A DNA stretch of 64,000 nt from a virus. Each line of letters opens with the position of its first letter. Positions within the stretch are counted from its first letter, which is position 1. Made by a program: the position numbers and the translations under genes. The notes under the pieces are model-generated. The model worked only from the letters and a program-made list of their open reading frames with translations. It was not told the DNA's origin and ran no database searches. Positions 39,952 to 49,547 of this stretch are shown piece after piece. The stretch lies in IMG/VR virus record IMGVR_UViG_3300003322_001075, positions 6,552 through 70,551 of that record. One strand, 5' to 3'.

Positions 39952-40887
39952 TCATGCTGCTCGTTTTAGGTCTTTTCTTTTGATCCTGGAGTCGGAATGC
40001 GCAATTAATAGCTCTATCCTCCCTTTTGAAGTCAAATTTCGGGTATTATATCGAAAAACAAACTCCTGGACGTATTTATCCAGGTGCTTTTTGCTTACGT
40101 TGTGATAGACTCCAATGATTCCCCGCTTGAAAATGGACCAGAAGTTCTCGATCCCGTTTGTGTGAGAATCCTCGACCACGTACACCTTGGCTTGGTGCTT
40201 TACCCGCTTATGAGCATACCAGTATTCCATTCCGTTGTAGCCTACATGGTCATCGGTCATTAACGGAGATCCGGATTTGACAGAACCCATTATAATGGGC
40301 CTAAGAGTGGCGTTAGTCCGGTCAGGTATGACCATGGCCTTAACCTTTCCTCCGCGTTCCAGCAGCCCTAATACCAATGCTTTATCTGTTATATCCGAAT
40401 CCTTCACGTATGTCTTCTTTTTGTTCTTGTGCCGGTTTTTGTTCTTTCCGCCCACCCAAGTTTCATCTACTTCAACCACTCCTTCAAAGGGCTTTTCCTC
40501 CTTTTTGTTAGCTATGGCAAAGTTTGCCCGGATATTGGTCAGCATCAGCCACGCTGTATTCTGGGTCACTTTGATCTGCCTGGCCAGTTCATAGCTCGAT
40601 ATTCCCTTGTTGGACACCAATTCAAGATACTGAGCGATGAACCACTTCTGTAAGGGCAGCTTGGTTCCTTCATAAATAGTGCCCGTCTTGGCATTAAACT
40701 GCCTGCGGCAAGTCCGGCATTTTAACCGATTCCCATCGCTGAATCGGCAAATATTATCACTCTCGCAATGGGGGCATTTGATTCCGTCTCTCCATCTTAT
40801 TTCTTCCAGGTATCTTAAATTCTTATTCTCATCACTGAAAGTTTCCACCACTTCGATGATGCTTGAGTAGTCTTGTATGTTTTTCAT
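39952..40887 (-). mobile_element. tnp: IS1595-family (ISXO2-like) DDE transposase
   Basis: RW..G..CPHC and C..C zinc ribbon, VEVDET.VGG, LMTD, HTN.IENFWS..KRG..G.YH.VS.KHL..Y..EF.FRYN; element ends not identified. Confidence 0.92.
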
Positions 40888-40988
40888 TTTGACTATGGGG
40901 ATTAGTCCTGCCAGCTCAGGCTAAAAGCGGGCATTTTAATTGTATTTTATTGATTTTGTTATATTTGAGTAAACCTTAAACTTAAACC

Positions 40989-41528
40989 ATGATTGCTCAA
41001 TTCTTAAAAGACTACGGAGAACTTATCTCAATTTCACTAGTCCCCTTTATTATATGGGGAATGGGAACGTATTTTCAAAACCGGAAGGGAAAACGGAATG
41101 CTCAAATGATGCTGTTCCTAGATTTAATGAAGACCCGAAAACACATGCCGCCTTCGCAGATATGGGTTGATGCACTAAATCAGATTGACGTTGTTTTTCA
41201 GAAGAATAAACAGGTTCGCTTAGCTTGGCGAGCTTATTATGATAGCCTACACCCACAGTCACAGCACTTTGAAAATCAAGGCGCTTTTCAGCTTGATCTA
41301 CTCTCTGAAATAGCAAATTCTTTGGGATATAAGGACTTGAAGCAGACCGAGATTGACCGCTTCTATTCACCAAGGGCACATGGCACCGCCATAACACGTC
41401 AAGAGATTTTTTATGATGAATACCTTCGGGTTCTTTCAAGATCGAAAAGCCTTTCAGAAAGTTTCTCACAAGAAGAGTTTGAAGAACATCTGCAACAGAT
41501 CGGGGATAAGTATAACCCGATTTTGTAG
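40989..41528 (+). CDS. membrane-anchored accessory protein
   Basis: N-terminal TM helix, ALN.IDVVF, V..AW..Y, YSP motifs (DUF6680-like from recollection). Confidence 0.55.
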   Translation: MIAQFLKDYGELISISLVPFIIWGMGTYFQNRKGKRNAQMMLFLDLMKTRKHMPPSQIWVDALNQIDVVFQKNKQVRLAWRAYYDSLHPQSQHFENQGAFQLDLLSEIANSLGYKDLKQTEIDRFYSPRAHGTAITRQEIFYDEYLRVLSRSKSLSESFSQEEFEEHLQQIGDKYNPIL

Positions 41529-42081
41529 GAGTACAAGGTGCCATAACGTCATGTTTAAATTAACAAAAGTTAGTCATGGCTAGCACCAAAAGTTAAGTCT
41601 GCGTTTTATTGACCTTCCCAACCGTTCTCTTTCCAATTGTTACGCGGATTCCAGCGTTTTTAAGCCGTTTTAGATTAGCCTAAATAGGAGCTGGTTAAAC
41701 TTGTGGGTTGCTGCCGATGAATCTACGGACAAAGGTAGGAATATTAATGAGAAAACAAAATTAATTTGGTTCTTTCGTGAGAACTATTTATTTTTGTACA
41801 TGAGCCTATCTGAAGCATATAAGATATGGTGCAAAGAAACCAAACGTAATGGGGCTGTTTTAATCGGTAGCTCTATTCAGGAATTCTTTACATGGTACGA
41901 AACTAAATTTAAACCCAAATAACCCATGAACATCCTTGACGAACTCACCGAAAAAGTGCTCACTACAAAAGAAATGAGCGTAATGGAAGCGTGTGAAATT
42001 TATATGCGTAGCCAATCGCAGGAAAAACCTCAATTACTCGTGACGACCTTTGAAATAATTCCAATGCAATAACTCGCTACA

Positions 42082-42645
42082 ATGAAACCATTACATGTTA
42101 TCTCTTCCCTTGAAGGTAAAACGCCAATTCCTGGACATGATCAGTACTTTATAGATCAACAAGGAGGAATATTCCGCCAGGTTTGTTATAAAAACAAAAC
42201 AGTCATAATTAAGATGAAGTCCTATATTGAACGGTATTCTCATCATGAATATATAAAATTCCCAGTCAAAAGCAGCACTGGTAATAGTACGTATAGAAAG
42301 CGAACATACGTGGCAGATTTGCTTGAAAAAACTTTCCCACTTGCGTATCCGGGCAACTCAAGTAAAAAGCTAACTGTTATCCGATACGAATCAGGATCAG
42401 GCAGAAAACCGCTTAAACGGGAGCAGGTCATAAATCATTTGCTGAAATTTCATCCTGGGGTTCAAATTCCACTTACAAGGAATTCGGAAGGGATATACGA
42501 TACATCCGAAGGAATGAAACAGCTTGGGATTTGTATCTGTGAGAAATGTGGCCATCCCCAAAACGTAGAGGTCGTGGTTTGCAAGGAATGCGGTACGTGG
42601 ATTACTAAACTTCCACCACGTCAATTCCCAGGCAGGCACGCATAA
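42082..42645 (+). CDS. NUMOD4-like protein with C-terminal zinc ribbon
   Basis: IPGH..Y.I...G.I.R start; CEKCG...CKECG. Confidence 0.45.
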   Translation: MKPLHVISSLEGKTPIPGHDQYFIDQQGGIFRQVCYKNKTVIIKMKSYIERYSHHEYIKFPVKSSTGNSTYRKRTYVADLLEKTFPLAYPGNSSKKLTVIRYESGSGRKPLKREQVINHLLKFHPGVQIPLTRNSEGIYDTSEGMKQLGICICEKCGHPQNVEVVVCKECGTWITKLPPRQFPGRHA

Positions 42646-42952
42646 GATTCTTTTTGAGCTTAAAAATGCCGTAGGCGGTGCCCTTAGTGTAGCCTTTGCA
42701 GTCGTAATACACAATCCGGTTATCTGCGTAGGTTACTTTAAAATCCAGCCTATAATCACAGATTTTAACCCCGTTTGCCTCCAAACGATAAGTTACCTGT
42801 TCTTCGACAGCTACAACACGTTCTTTGGGATCTTTGGCCGATTTTAACAGTTCGAGCTTTTGAGCGAACGTTTTCTCCTTTTTACTGGCGTATATTTTGC
42901 CATTAAGGATTCTTTCAGCTTTGGGCGCTACTCGGAACTTGTTGTAGGGCAT
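42605..42952 (-). CDS. DUF1064-like PD-(D/E)xK nuclease
   Basis: NKF.........NG..Y.SKKE, Y..DF.V.Y...V..D.KG..T..Y...K.K. Confidence 0.8.
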   Translation of the reverse strand: MPYNKFRVAPKAERILNGKIYASKKEKTFAQKLELLKSAKDPKERVVAVEEQVTYRLEANGVKICDYRLDFKVTYADNRIVYYDCKGYTKGTAYGIFKLKKNLMRACLGIDVVEV

Positions 42953-43079
42953 TCTTCTTCTATTTTAACTATATCATCACTTTTGCACATTCTGTTATCG
43001 CATCCTAAGACTTCTTCATGTTCAGATCCCCATATTACGGGCTCTTTGAATATTGATCCGCAGTCACAACAATAGTACA

Positions 43080-43933
43080 TTAGTCTTCGAGTTTAGGAAC
43101 GATAGTATTAAAATCCATCGTTAAATGCTTATAGTCGCAAGTATTATATCCTTGCATCCAACATTCTATGGCTAATTTATTCGTACTTTCAATAGGAAAA
43201 ATTGCGGCATAGTTTTCCCATGAATCGAATTTCATATCTCGCGCAACTTTTTCTTTTATCTCTTTCAGGCTGTTCATAGCTAAAACAGGTTTTTTAGGCG
43301 CTTCCAAAATGACTTCCAGCGGAAATAATGAATGGTATTGCAACTTCGGCAATATTCAGAATTATACTCTTTGGTATTTACCGAAACGTAAAGGTGTGGT
43401 CTTCCGCATTCTTCACACCACGCTTCTTTTGATCCTATCATAACACAATCTTCTTCCATGCTATTCAAATTTACTTTATTTTAGTGACTCTTCAAACTGT
43501 TTTACTTCTTCTTTTGTGTCGAAATGCCGTATTTGACTATCCTGTTCACATAGAAAACAAAATTCAGCATCATCTTCATTTAAGATCATAAAACCTGTTT
43601 CATCCGACTCTTTACAAACCTCACAGTCGCATATTGTCTTTGTTCGGAAAACTCTCTTTCCAATCCGGTCTTTAAACCATTGCTCGCGGTCGGTCATAGT
43701 GCTTCCAGTTCTTTGCGAACATTTTCCCAGAATTCTTCTGTTCTATCCTCAATTACATCCCTTTCCATTTGGTCTTTTGAAGAATATAGATTGCCATACT
43801 GTAAAAGTTCATCTACAACTATTATGGAACACTGAATTGCAATTTTGCTATCCTCATATTTCCAGCCTTCATAAATTGGAAGAAATTTCCATAGAAGGTC
43901 GTTTGCTTTTTCTTTTGGTGTCATTTCTTTCAT
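43080..43933 (-). CDS. cluster of small hypothetical ORFs (43080-43352, 43280-43468, 43476-43697, 43694-43933)
   Basis: Closely packed co-oriented ORFs. Confidence 0.5.
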
Positions 43934-43966
43934 ATTTCTCTTATTACTCTTTCCGAGAGTGGCGGG

Positions 43967-44767
43967 TTAGGATAAATCAGGGTTTGCGGAAGTACAACTT
44001 GTATCTGGTAAAACGAAATCGTGTTTTTTAACGTACTGCATGAACGCGTGTAGCTTTTTATTCCATTGTGCGTCAGCAAGTGCATTGTGCTCGTTTTCTT
44101 GCTTAGGGAATAACGGGTGTTTTTTTGAGTCCATAAGCCATGCTTCTAATCGAGTTAGGTCTTCATATTTATTGGCTTGATACATGTACATTTCGTCCAG
44201 CATTTGTTTCAGATCACGGCAGTACTTAGGAAATGCTTTTGGTAGATCCATCATTCTGCCGAACAACCAGCAAAAAGCCACCCAATCGTAGTCTGCGTAG
44301 TAAGCATAAAATTTAGGCTGCACAAATTCAAATTCGCCTCCGTAGGTTCCTGACCTAATAAAATCTTCAACTTCTTCCGCTATTTGCTGGTTTGACTTTC
44401 CGTACAATTGAATGAGTCGCTCAAAGTTTTTATACGTAAAATCATTGCTTATATGATGCAGATTTACCATGTGGCATTTTGCCCACCACAAATCCTTAAA
44501 TATTGGCCTTAAAACATTTTCACGAATCCAGTATTCTTTTGGCTGAGTATTATTCCTATCACCTTGCTCAGTTCTCGGTTGCCAACGATTCCATGCTTCT
44601 TTCAGGTTAAAATCCTTTGAAATGGCGTAGTATTCACGCCCATCCTCGGCAACTATACCGATTGAAATAAGATCTATTGTCGGCTTTGTTTGTCCATATT
44701 TGAAGCCCATGAATGTTTTGTCATGTGGTCCTTCGATAAACTCTGTATCAATGTAATATTTTGTCAT
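43967..44767 (-). CDS. DEDD 3'-5' exoribonuclease (RNase AS-like)
   Basis: YYIDTEF, LISIG.V.EDGREYY, YDWV.F..LFG.M..LP, HNALADA. Confidence 0.85.
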   Translation of the reverse strand: MTKYYIDTEFIEGPHDKTFMGFKYGQTKPTIDLISIGIVAEDGREYYAISKDFNLKEAWNRWQPRTEQGDRNNTQPKEYWIRENVLRPIFKDLWWAKCHMVNLHHISNDFTYKNFERLIQLYGKSNQQIAEEVEDFIRSGTYGGEFEFVQPKFYAYYADYDWVAFCWLFGRMMDLPKAFPKYCRDLKQMLDEMYMYQANKYEDLTRLEAWLMDSKKHPLFPKQENEHNALADAQWNKKLHAFMQYVKKHDFVLPDTSCTSANPDLS

Positions 44768-44799
44768 AATTATGTGGTTTTATAGGATTCATTAGATAA

Positions 44800-45309
44800 T
44801 TACATTACTCGTTTTGCTTTCAAATCTCTTCCGTGTTCCTTGCTGTGACAGTCTTCACACAAAGTTACAATGTAAAAATGCGGAACCTCCCAAACATACT
44901 TTCCGGCAATATATTTTAAGTGGTGGGCATGTAGTGGTTTATCTGTTGCTCTACAATCCACGCACCTAAACTGATCTCGCCTAAATATGTATAATCTCAT
45001 TTTCTGCCAGTTAGGATGTAAATACTGATCTGACCAAGACATTATTTTAACACAAGGTTCAAAATTTAATTTAGCTCCCCGGCCGGTCTTCTTTATTTGC
45101 AATCGTTCAAGTTTTTCAGGATTGAAATGTGCATCTTTTAACGACAGGAATAATTCTATTGCCTCACGAGGCAAATCTTTGCCAATTATTTGAGCTGGCC
45201 ATCCGCGCCTCTTTTTTATTCCTTCAATTCCAATAGCAGCCAATTGCCTATTGTTCCAGCCTCCATTTGAACTTTTTCCTTTTTCAAACAACTCTTTTGT
45301 AAATATCAT
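44800..45309 (-). CDS. HNH endonuclease with extra N-terminal domain
   Basis: W...R..IF.RD...C..C....L.AHH..Y...VTLC..CH..EH; ATG at 45309. Confidence 0.85.
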   Translation of the reverse strand: MIFTKELFEKGKSSNGGWNNRQLAAIGIEGIKKRRGWPAQIIGKDLPREAIELFLSLKDAHFNPEKLERLQIKKTGRGAKLNFEPCVKIMSWSDQYLHPNWQKMRLYIFRRDQFRCVDCRATDKPLHAHHLKYIAGKYVWEVPHFYIVTLCEDCHSKEHGRDLKAKRVM

Positions 45310-45342
45310 TTTTATCAATTATACATATTAAACATCCTTTAT

Positions 45343-45771
45343 GCTCGAAGAGCCATCTCTCTTCTTAGCATTTGTATTTAGCTGAATATCATGGCAATAG
45401 CTAAACACGTTTTAAGACGATATAGAAGTGTACCGTTCGAGTACAGTGCCTATGCTAGAGCCTTATGATATTCAACTTCACTTCGAGCCCCCGTTGTGAG
45501 TTTGCACATTGCGGGAATTTTTATCATAAGCTATACCGGCTAGTTGTTTTTGGTTTGAGCATCAAGATTGCCAGCTCCAGGATGTACAATTCATACAACA
45601 CCCCATTTCAATAAAACTTTTGGAAGGGATTTTTAAAAACGGTCAACTTTTGGGTGTCGCGTAAAATGAAAAAGCCCAGAGGGCTGAGACTCCGAGCTTT
45701 TTGTGTATTTGGCTTTCGCCAATCAAACTTTTAGTTTGCAAAATATTAAGCTTGTTGACTCAGCCTCCAAC
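45343..45771 (-). ncRNA. structured non-coding leader of the HNH gene with attenuator
   Basis: TAGGTTTG promoter (45776-45783), terminator/antiterminator pair, and nested stems such as GCTCGAAG/CTTCGAGC and GTTGAATATCAT/ATGATATTCAGC. Confidence 0.5.
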
Positions 45772-45829
45772 ACCACAAACCTAGGCACAAAAATTGAGAA
45801 AAACAAATTCCGGTAAAAATTTCTACAAA

Positions 45830-46051
45830 AAAAATAAAAACAAAATGCCAACCCTATTAAAGATTGGCATCATTGCCGATAGTAAGACACTACTATCCCC
45901 TTTTATTTGCCATACAGTAGTTATTAGGTCTGCGAGCGGCTTGCTTTCCAGGGAAGACAGCTCAACGAACGAAATAGCTAACCAAGAAAGTGACTCGGAA
46001 TCCGACTTGACAAACCAGTCAAGAGGAACGGGCTGGGCCTTTCTTTGTATT
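45830..46051 (-). ncRNA. candidate standalone ncRNA
   Basis: TATTTTTG (46056-46063), several hairpins, terminator ATGCCAATC/GGTTGGCAT plus U-tract. Confidence 0.45.
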
Positions 46052-46087
46052 TAAACAAAAATACAATTAAATTTTAAAGGAGGAAAT

Positions 46088-46194
46088 AAAAAAAGAAACC
46101 CGGCCTCACTAACCGGGTTCCAGAACCACTAAACTATGAAAAACATCCAGCAAAAGCCGAAAGTTTAAAGATTGCTGCCTATGAACTCAGCAAT
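46088..46194 (-). ncRNA. candidate sRNA
   Basis: CATCTTTG promoter-like element, 5' hairpin, terminator GGAACCCGG/CCGGGTTTC-T7. Confidence 0.5.
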
Positions 46195-46295
46195 ACAAAG
46201 ATGAGAAGAAAAAGAATGGGAACAAAAGAAAAAAGTTGAAATAAATTTGGTTCTTTCCAAGAAACCGATACCTTTGTATTCAAATCACTAAAACT

Positions 46296-46568
46296 ATGAC
46301 AATCGAAGAAGCAAAACAACAGATAGCAAAAGATATGGGATTTGATAACTTCAACAATCTTATAACTACATATGTTGACAAGAAATATCCCGAAAATATT
46401 GTAGAAATAGCTACAGAACTTGCTAAAACATATGCAACAGAAGTAGCAAAAGGCGTGAAAGGAGCTTGCATTGAAACAGGAAGAGATTGTATTGGTGGTG
46501 GAGATGTAGGTACTTATTTCGATCCAGAAGAGATGGAGAAACTGGACATTTCACAATTCATCAAATAA
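46296..46568 (+). CDS. hypothetical protein
   Basis: First gene after the TACCTTTG promoter (46269-46276). Confidence 0.6.
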   Translation: MTIEEAKQQIAKDMGFDNFNNLITTYVDKKYPENIVEIATELAKTYATEVAKGVKGACIETGRDCIGGGDVGTYFDPEEMEKLDISQFIK

Positions 46569-46571
46569 AAA

Positions 46572-47033
46572 ATGTTCAAACCTCACTATGCTATATGCAC
46601 CGGAACGGAAAAGATAAAAGGCTGCGGTAATAACGGCCTTATCGCAACGAACTCCCGTAGATTGTGCACTACATGCGAGAGTAGGAGAAGACAGCCTAAA
46701 TCAATATTAAAAGTATCTCCCAGGCAGCGCGAAAAGATCAGGGAAAACAAACAGTTCTACGCTGACTTCATTGAAAACCATCCGACAAAGTGCTGTGATG
46801 AATGTGGAGATATTATACGAAACCCGACCGGCTCAAATGTAAGCCATATTGTAGCAGGTGGAACAAACCCAGCGGTGTATAGTGACCCGCAGAACGCTTT
46901 TCTGCTCTGTCAAACCTGCGAAGGAATATGGACAACAAAAGACCGAACCAAAATGAAGCTTTGGCCGCTGGCGCAGAGTATACGAACAGAAGTTTTAAAC
47001 AGGCATTATGTGAAACCAATAACTAAGAAATGA
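46572..47033 (+). CDS. NinG-like / HNH-fold zinc nuclease
   Basis: C..CG, SHI..G..P...D..N..LLC..C. Confidence 0.55.
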   Translation: MFKPHYAICTGTEKIKGCGNNGLIATNSRRLCTTCESRRRQPKSILKVSPRQREKIRENKQFYADFIENHPTKCCDECGDIIRNPTGSNVSHIVAGGTNPAVYSDPQNAFLLCQTCEGIWTTKDRTKMKLWPLAQSIRTEVLNRHYVKPITKK

Positions 47034-47786
47034 AAGATACATTACAATTTATACTAGGCGACTTTTGGGTATTTGCTGGGTTTGTTGTTATATTGGAATT
47101 AATCTTATCCTTTTTATTTAGGGCATGGAATAGATTCTGGCGACACATGAATATAAGGAAGCATGGGTATCCACCAAGCTACTGTGATGCGGATGGAGAT
47201 TTTAAGCAAGAATAAATAAAATGAAACCCAAACCCACCCATGGAAAGTACACCGGAGAGATAAAGCCTGAAACAAGCTATCTCTGCCCAAGCGACAATAC
47301 TATTTTAATGGTAGAGAGCATTACCCGTCCGAATGCAGTATGGGTAGTTAACCTCCGCTACACGCAAAGCATAACAAAGCTTGGACAAACAGTTCCGATT
47401 GTGGAGTACGACTTTATGGAGGATATTAAGAAAGGTAAATTTGTAAGAATATGAAAAAAAAGATAGTTCCACTTATAATGAAGATAACGGCAGTTAATGG
47501 TGTTGCTGACTTCCCTGAACAAGTATATCAAATATTGTCTATAAAGACAAAAGAATCAAATTTATACCTTATACATTCAAAACTAAACGAGCAACCTGAA
47601 TATGAATCTGTTTTAAGGTCTTTATATTATAGAGTGGTGGGGAATAAGATATATTTCACTCGCCATTATAGCAAATATAAATTTATTGCTATGTTCCAGC
47701 GTTGGAAAGAAAACATCTTCCCAAAAAACATTGACTACATCATCGAATACTATGATCATGTGCAATACCTAAATCTCCACAAATGA
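47030..47786 (+). CDS. three small hypothetical ORFs (47030-47215, 47221-47454, 47451-47786)
   Basis: Coupled co-oriented ORFs. Confidence 0.5.
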
Positions 47787-47940
47787 CCATCATTTTCGCC
47801 ATAATGAAGTACGGAATAGTAGCTCTTGTTCTAGGAATGATCTTTCGCTATGTAGTGTTTTCGCGGGATGAAAAAGAAAGTGAAAAATAATTTGAAATAA
47901 TTCTTGCAGAATTGAAATAAGTCTGTATATTTGTACCTGA

Positions 47941-48114
47941 ATGAGCGACAAAAAACACATACAAGCGTATATTGATAAGGACTTGGCTGAAGCCATAGAC
48001 AAATCAGGCCACCCCGAATTAAAGAATCTTCAAAAGTTCTCACCTAGAGTAGAGGCTCTTCTTAAAGTGGCGTGTGAAGTAATGGGAATTGAGATTAAAC
48101 CAAAAGACAAATGA
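47941..48114 (+). CDS. small RHH-like protein (not in ORF track)
   Basis: 57 aa MSDKKHIQAYIDKDLAEAIDK...; TATATTTG upstream; ATGA overlap with the next gene. Confidence 0.5.
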   Translation: MSDKKHIQAYIDKDLAEAIDKSGHPELKNLQKFSPRVEALLKVACEVMGIEIKPKDK

Positions 48115-48526
48115 AATACACTGCTGCTCAACTTTACGATTCTGTACACACATTCTCAACCATCACTTGTTCAAGGTGTGGTAAATCCGAAGATAGGCTT
48201 GGGAACGACGATGAGTGTTTAGATGGTTTCTTTGATTACGGATGGAGAGCTACAGCTAATCACACGTATTGTCCAAAATGTGCTGAAAAATATCTTAAAC
48301 CAAAAGATAAATAACTATGATAAAAGCTAAAAACAAAACCTCTATAATATTAGGGTTAAGTGATGAAAACATGAGGCGTCTGTCGGAAGGGCAGCCAATT
48401 AAGTTTAACCTCAGTGAATTTAATATGTCGCCAATGGACGTTTTAATATTCAATGGAAGAACAGAGGAAGACATGGAGAAGGAACTAGCGCCCTATATGA
48501 ACGAAAACACAGAAATACGAAAATAA
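48111..48526 (+). CDS. two small ORFs (48111-48314 zinc finger; 48317-48526)
   Basis: CSRC...GW....YCPKC in the first. Confidence 0.55.
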
Positions 48527-48699
48527 TATGGCACAACCAACTTTACCTCAAGGCCCTGCAACAGGAACAGGGTTTGAACAATGGATTAGAAAAGAGCAGG
48601 ATGCTCCAAGTCTATATGAATTGCTAAAACAATCTCCATCTCCTGATAAAGGAGGTGACGATTCAGAAAACGACAAAGAAAAACAACAATCAAAATAAT

Positions 48700-48942
48700 A
48701 TGGGAACCGAAGAGCAACCAATAAATGGAACTAAAATTCCAACTTACATAGGAACAAAGGTAGTAAATGCCTATCCTCAAACACATCACGATTCATTGAA
48801 ATCAAGGGGATTTGACACCCCAAATCCAGATCAATCCGGCTACTGTGTAATTTACGAAGACGGATATACATCATGGTCGCCAAAGGATGTATTCGAACGC
48901 TGCTATCGTGAAATAACCGCTGCTGAAAAAGCAATGATGTAA
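48700..48942 (+). CDS. conserved small phage protein
   Basis: YIGTK.V.A.P...GY.V.YEDGY.SWSPK.VFE..Y motif. Confidence 0.7.
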   Translation: MGTEEQPINGTKIPTYIGTKVVNAYPQTHHDSLKSRGFDTPNPDQSGYCVIYEDGYTSWSPKDVFERCYREITAAEKAMM

Positions 48943-49064
48943 CCATGCTTCTGCCGCTTCTCATACCATTAATCTGGGCTCTTCACAAGAAGTACAGCAG
49001 AAAGTACCGGAATCCGGGAGTACTGATAAGAACGAAACATTTCACCTTTTAAACCAAATAAATT

Positions 49065-49532
49065 ATGGGACAGACAAAAGCACAAAGAGAAGCCAAAGAA
49101 GAGGCTCAGAAAAGATCAGAAGCAGCGAAAGCCGGATGGGCTGTTCGTAGAAACAGGCAATTTGCTCAGAAGGCATCCAAAACAGTTGGAATTTTAGTTC
49201 AGGGATCAAAAGTCAAGGTTGCAATGAACACAGATCGAAGTTCGGACTATGTTGTGGTTGGGGAGCAAATACTGCCTTCAGGTGTTATTACGTCACAATC
49301 AGAGAAAAATGATCAATTGTCTTTGGCGCTTGGAGCATCTTTAGCAAGCCTGTTGCATCGATTAACTGAAAAGCTTGGCGGAGGAGTGTCAATTTCGAAT
49401 CAGGAGGATGCAAAAGAACCAGGATTCTCAAGCCTCCAAATATTGGGATCATTACAACGTACTCAAATCAACCTTGAAACATGTCAGAACCTTGTAGATC
49501 GTATTGACAACCTGCAAAAGGAAATGTTGTAA
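49065..49532 (+). CDS. hypothetical protein
   Basis: 155 aa, basic N-terminus, C-terminal coiled coil. Confidence 0.6.
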   Translation: MGQTKAQREAKEEAQKRSEAAKAGWAVRRNRQFAQKASKTVGILVQGSKVKVAMNTDRSSDYVVVGEQILPSGVITSQSEKNDQLSLALGASLASLLHRLTEKLGGGVSISNQEDAKEPGFSSLQILGSLQRTQINLETCQNLVDRIDNLQKEML

Positions 49533-49547
49533 TGGGTGGAGAAGCAT

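Noticed and set aside
45794-46054. 86-aa plus-strand ORF
   Set aside because: TTG start, low-complexity translation, and it overlaps a minus-strand promoter-terminator unit
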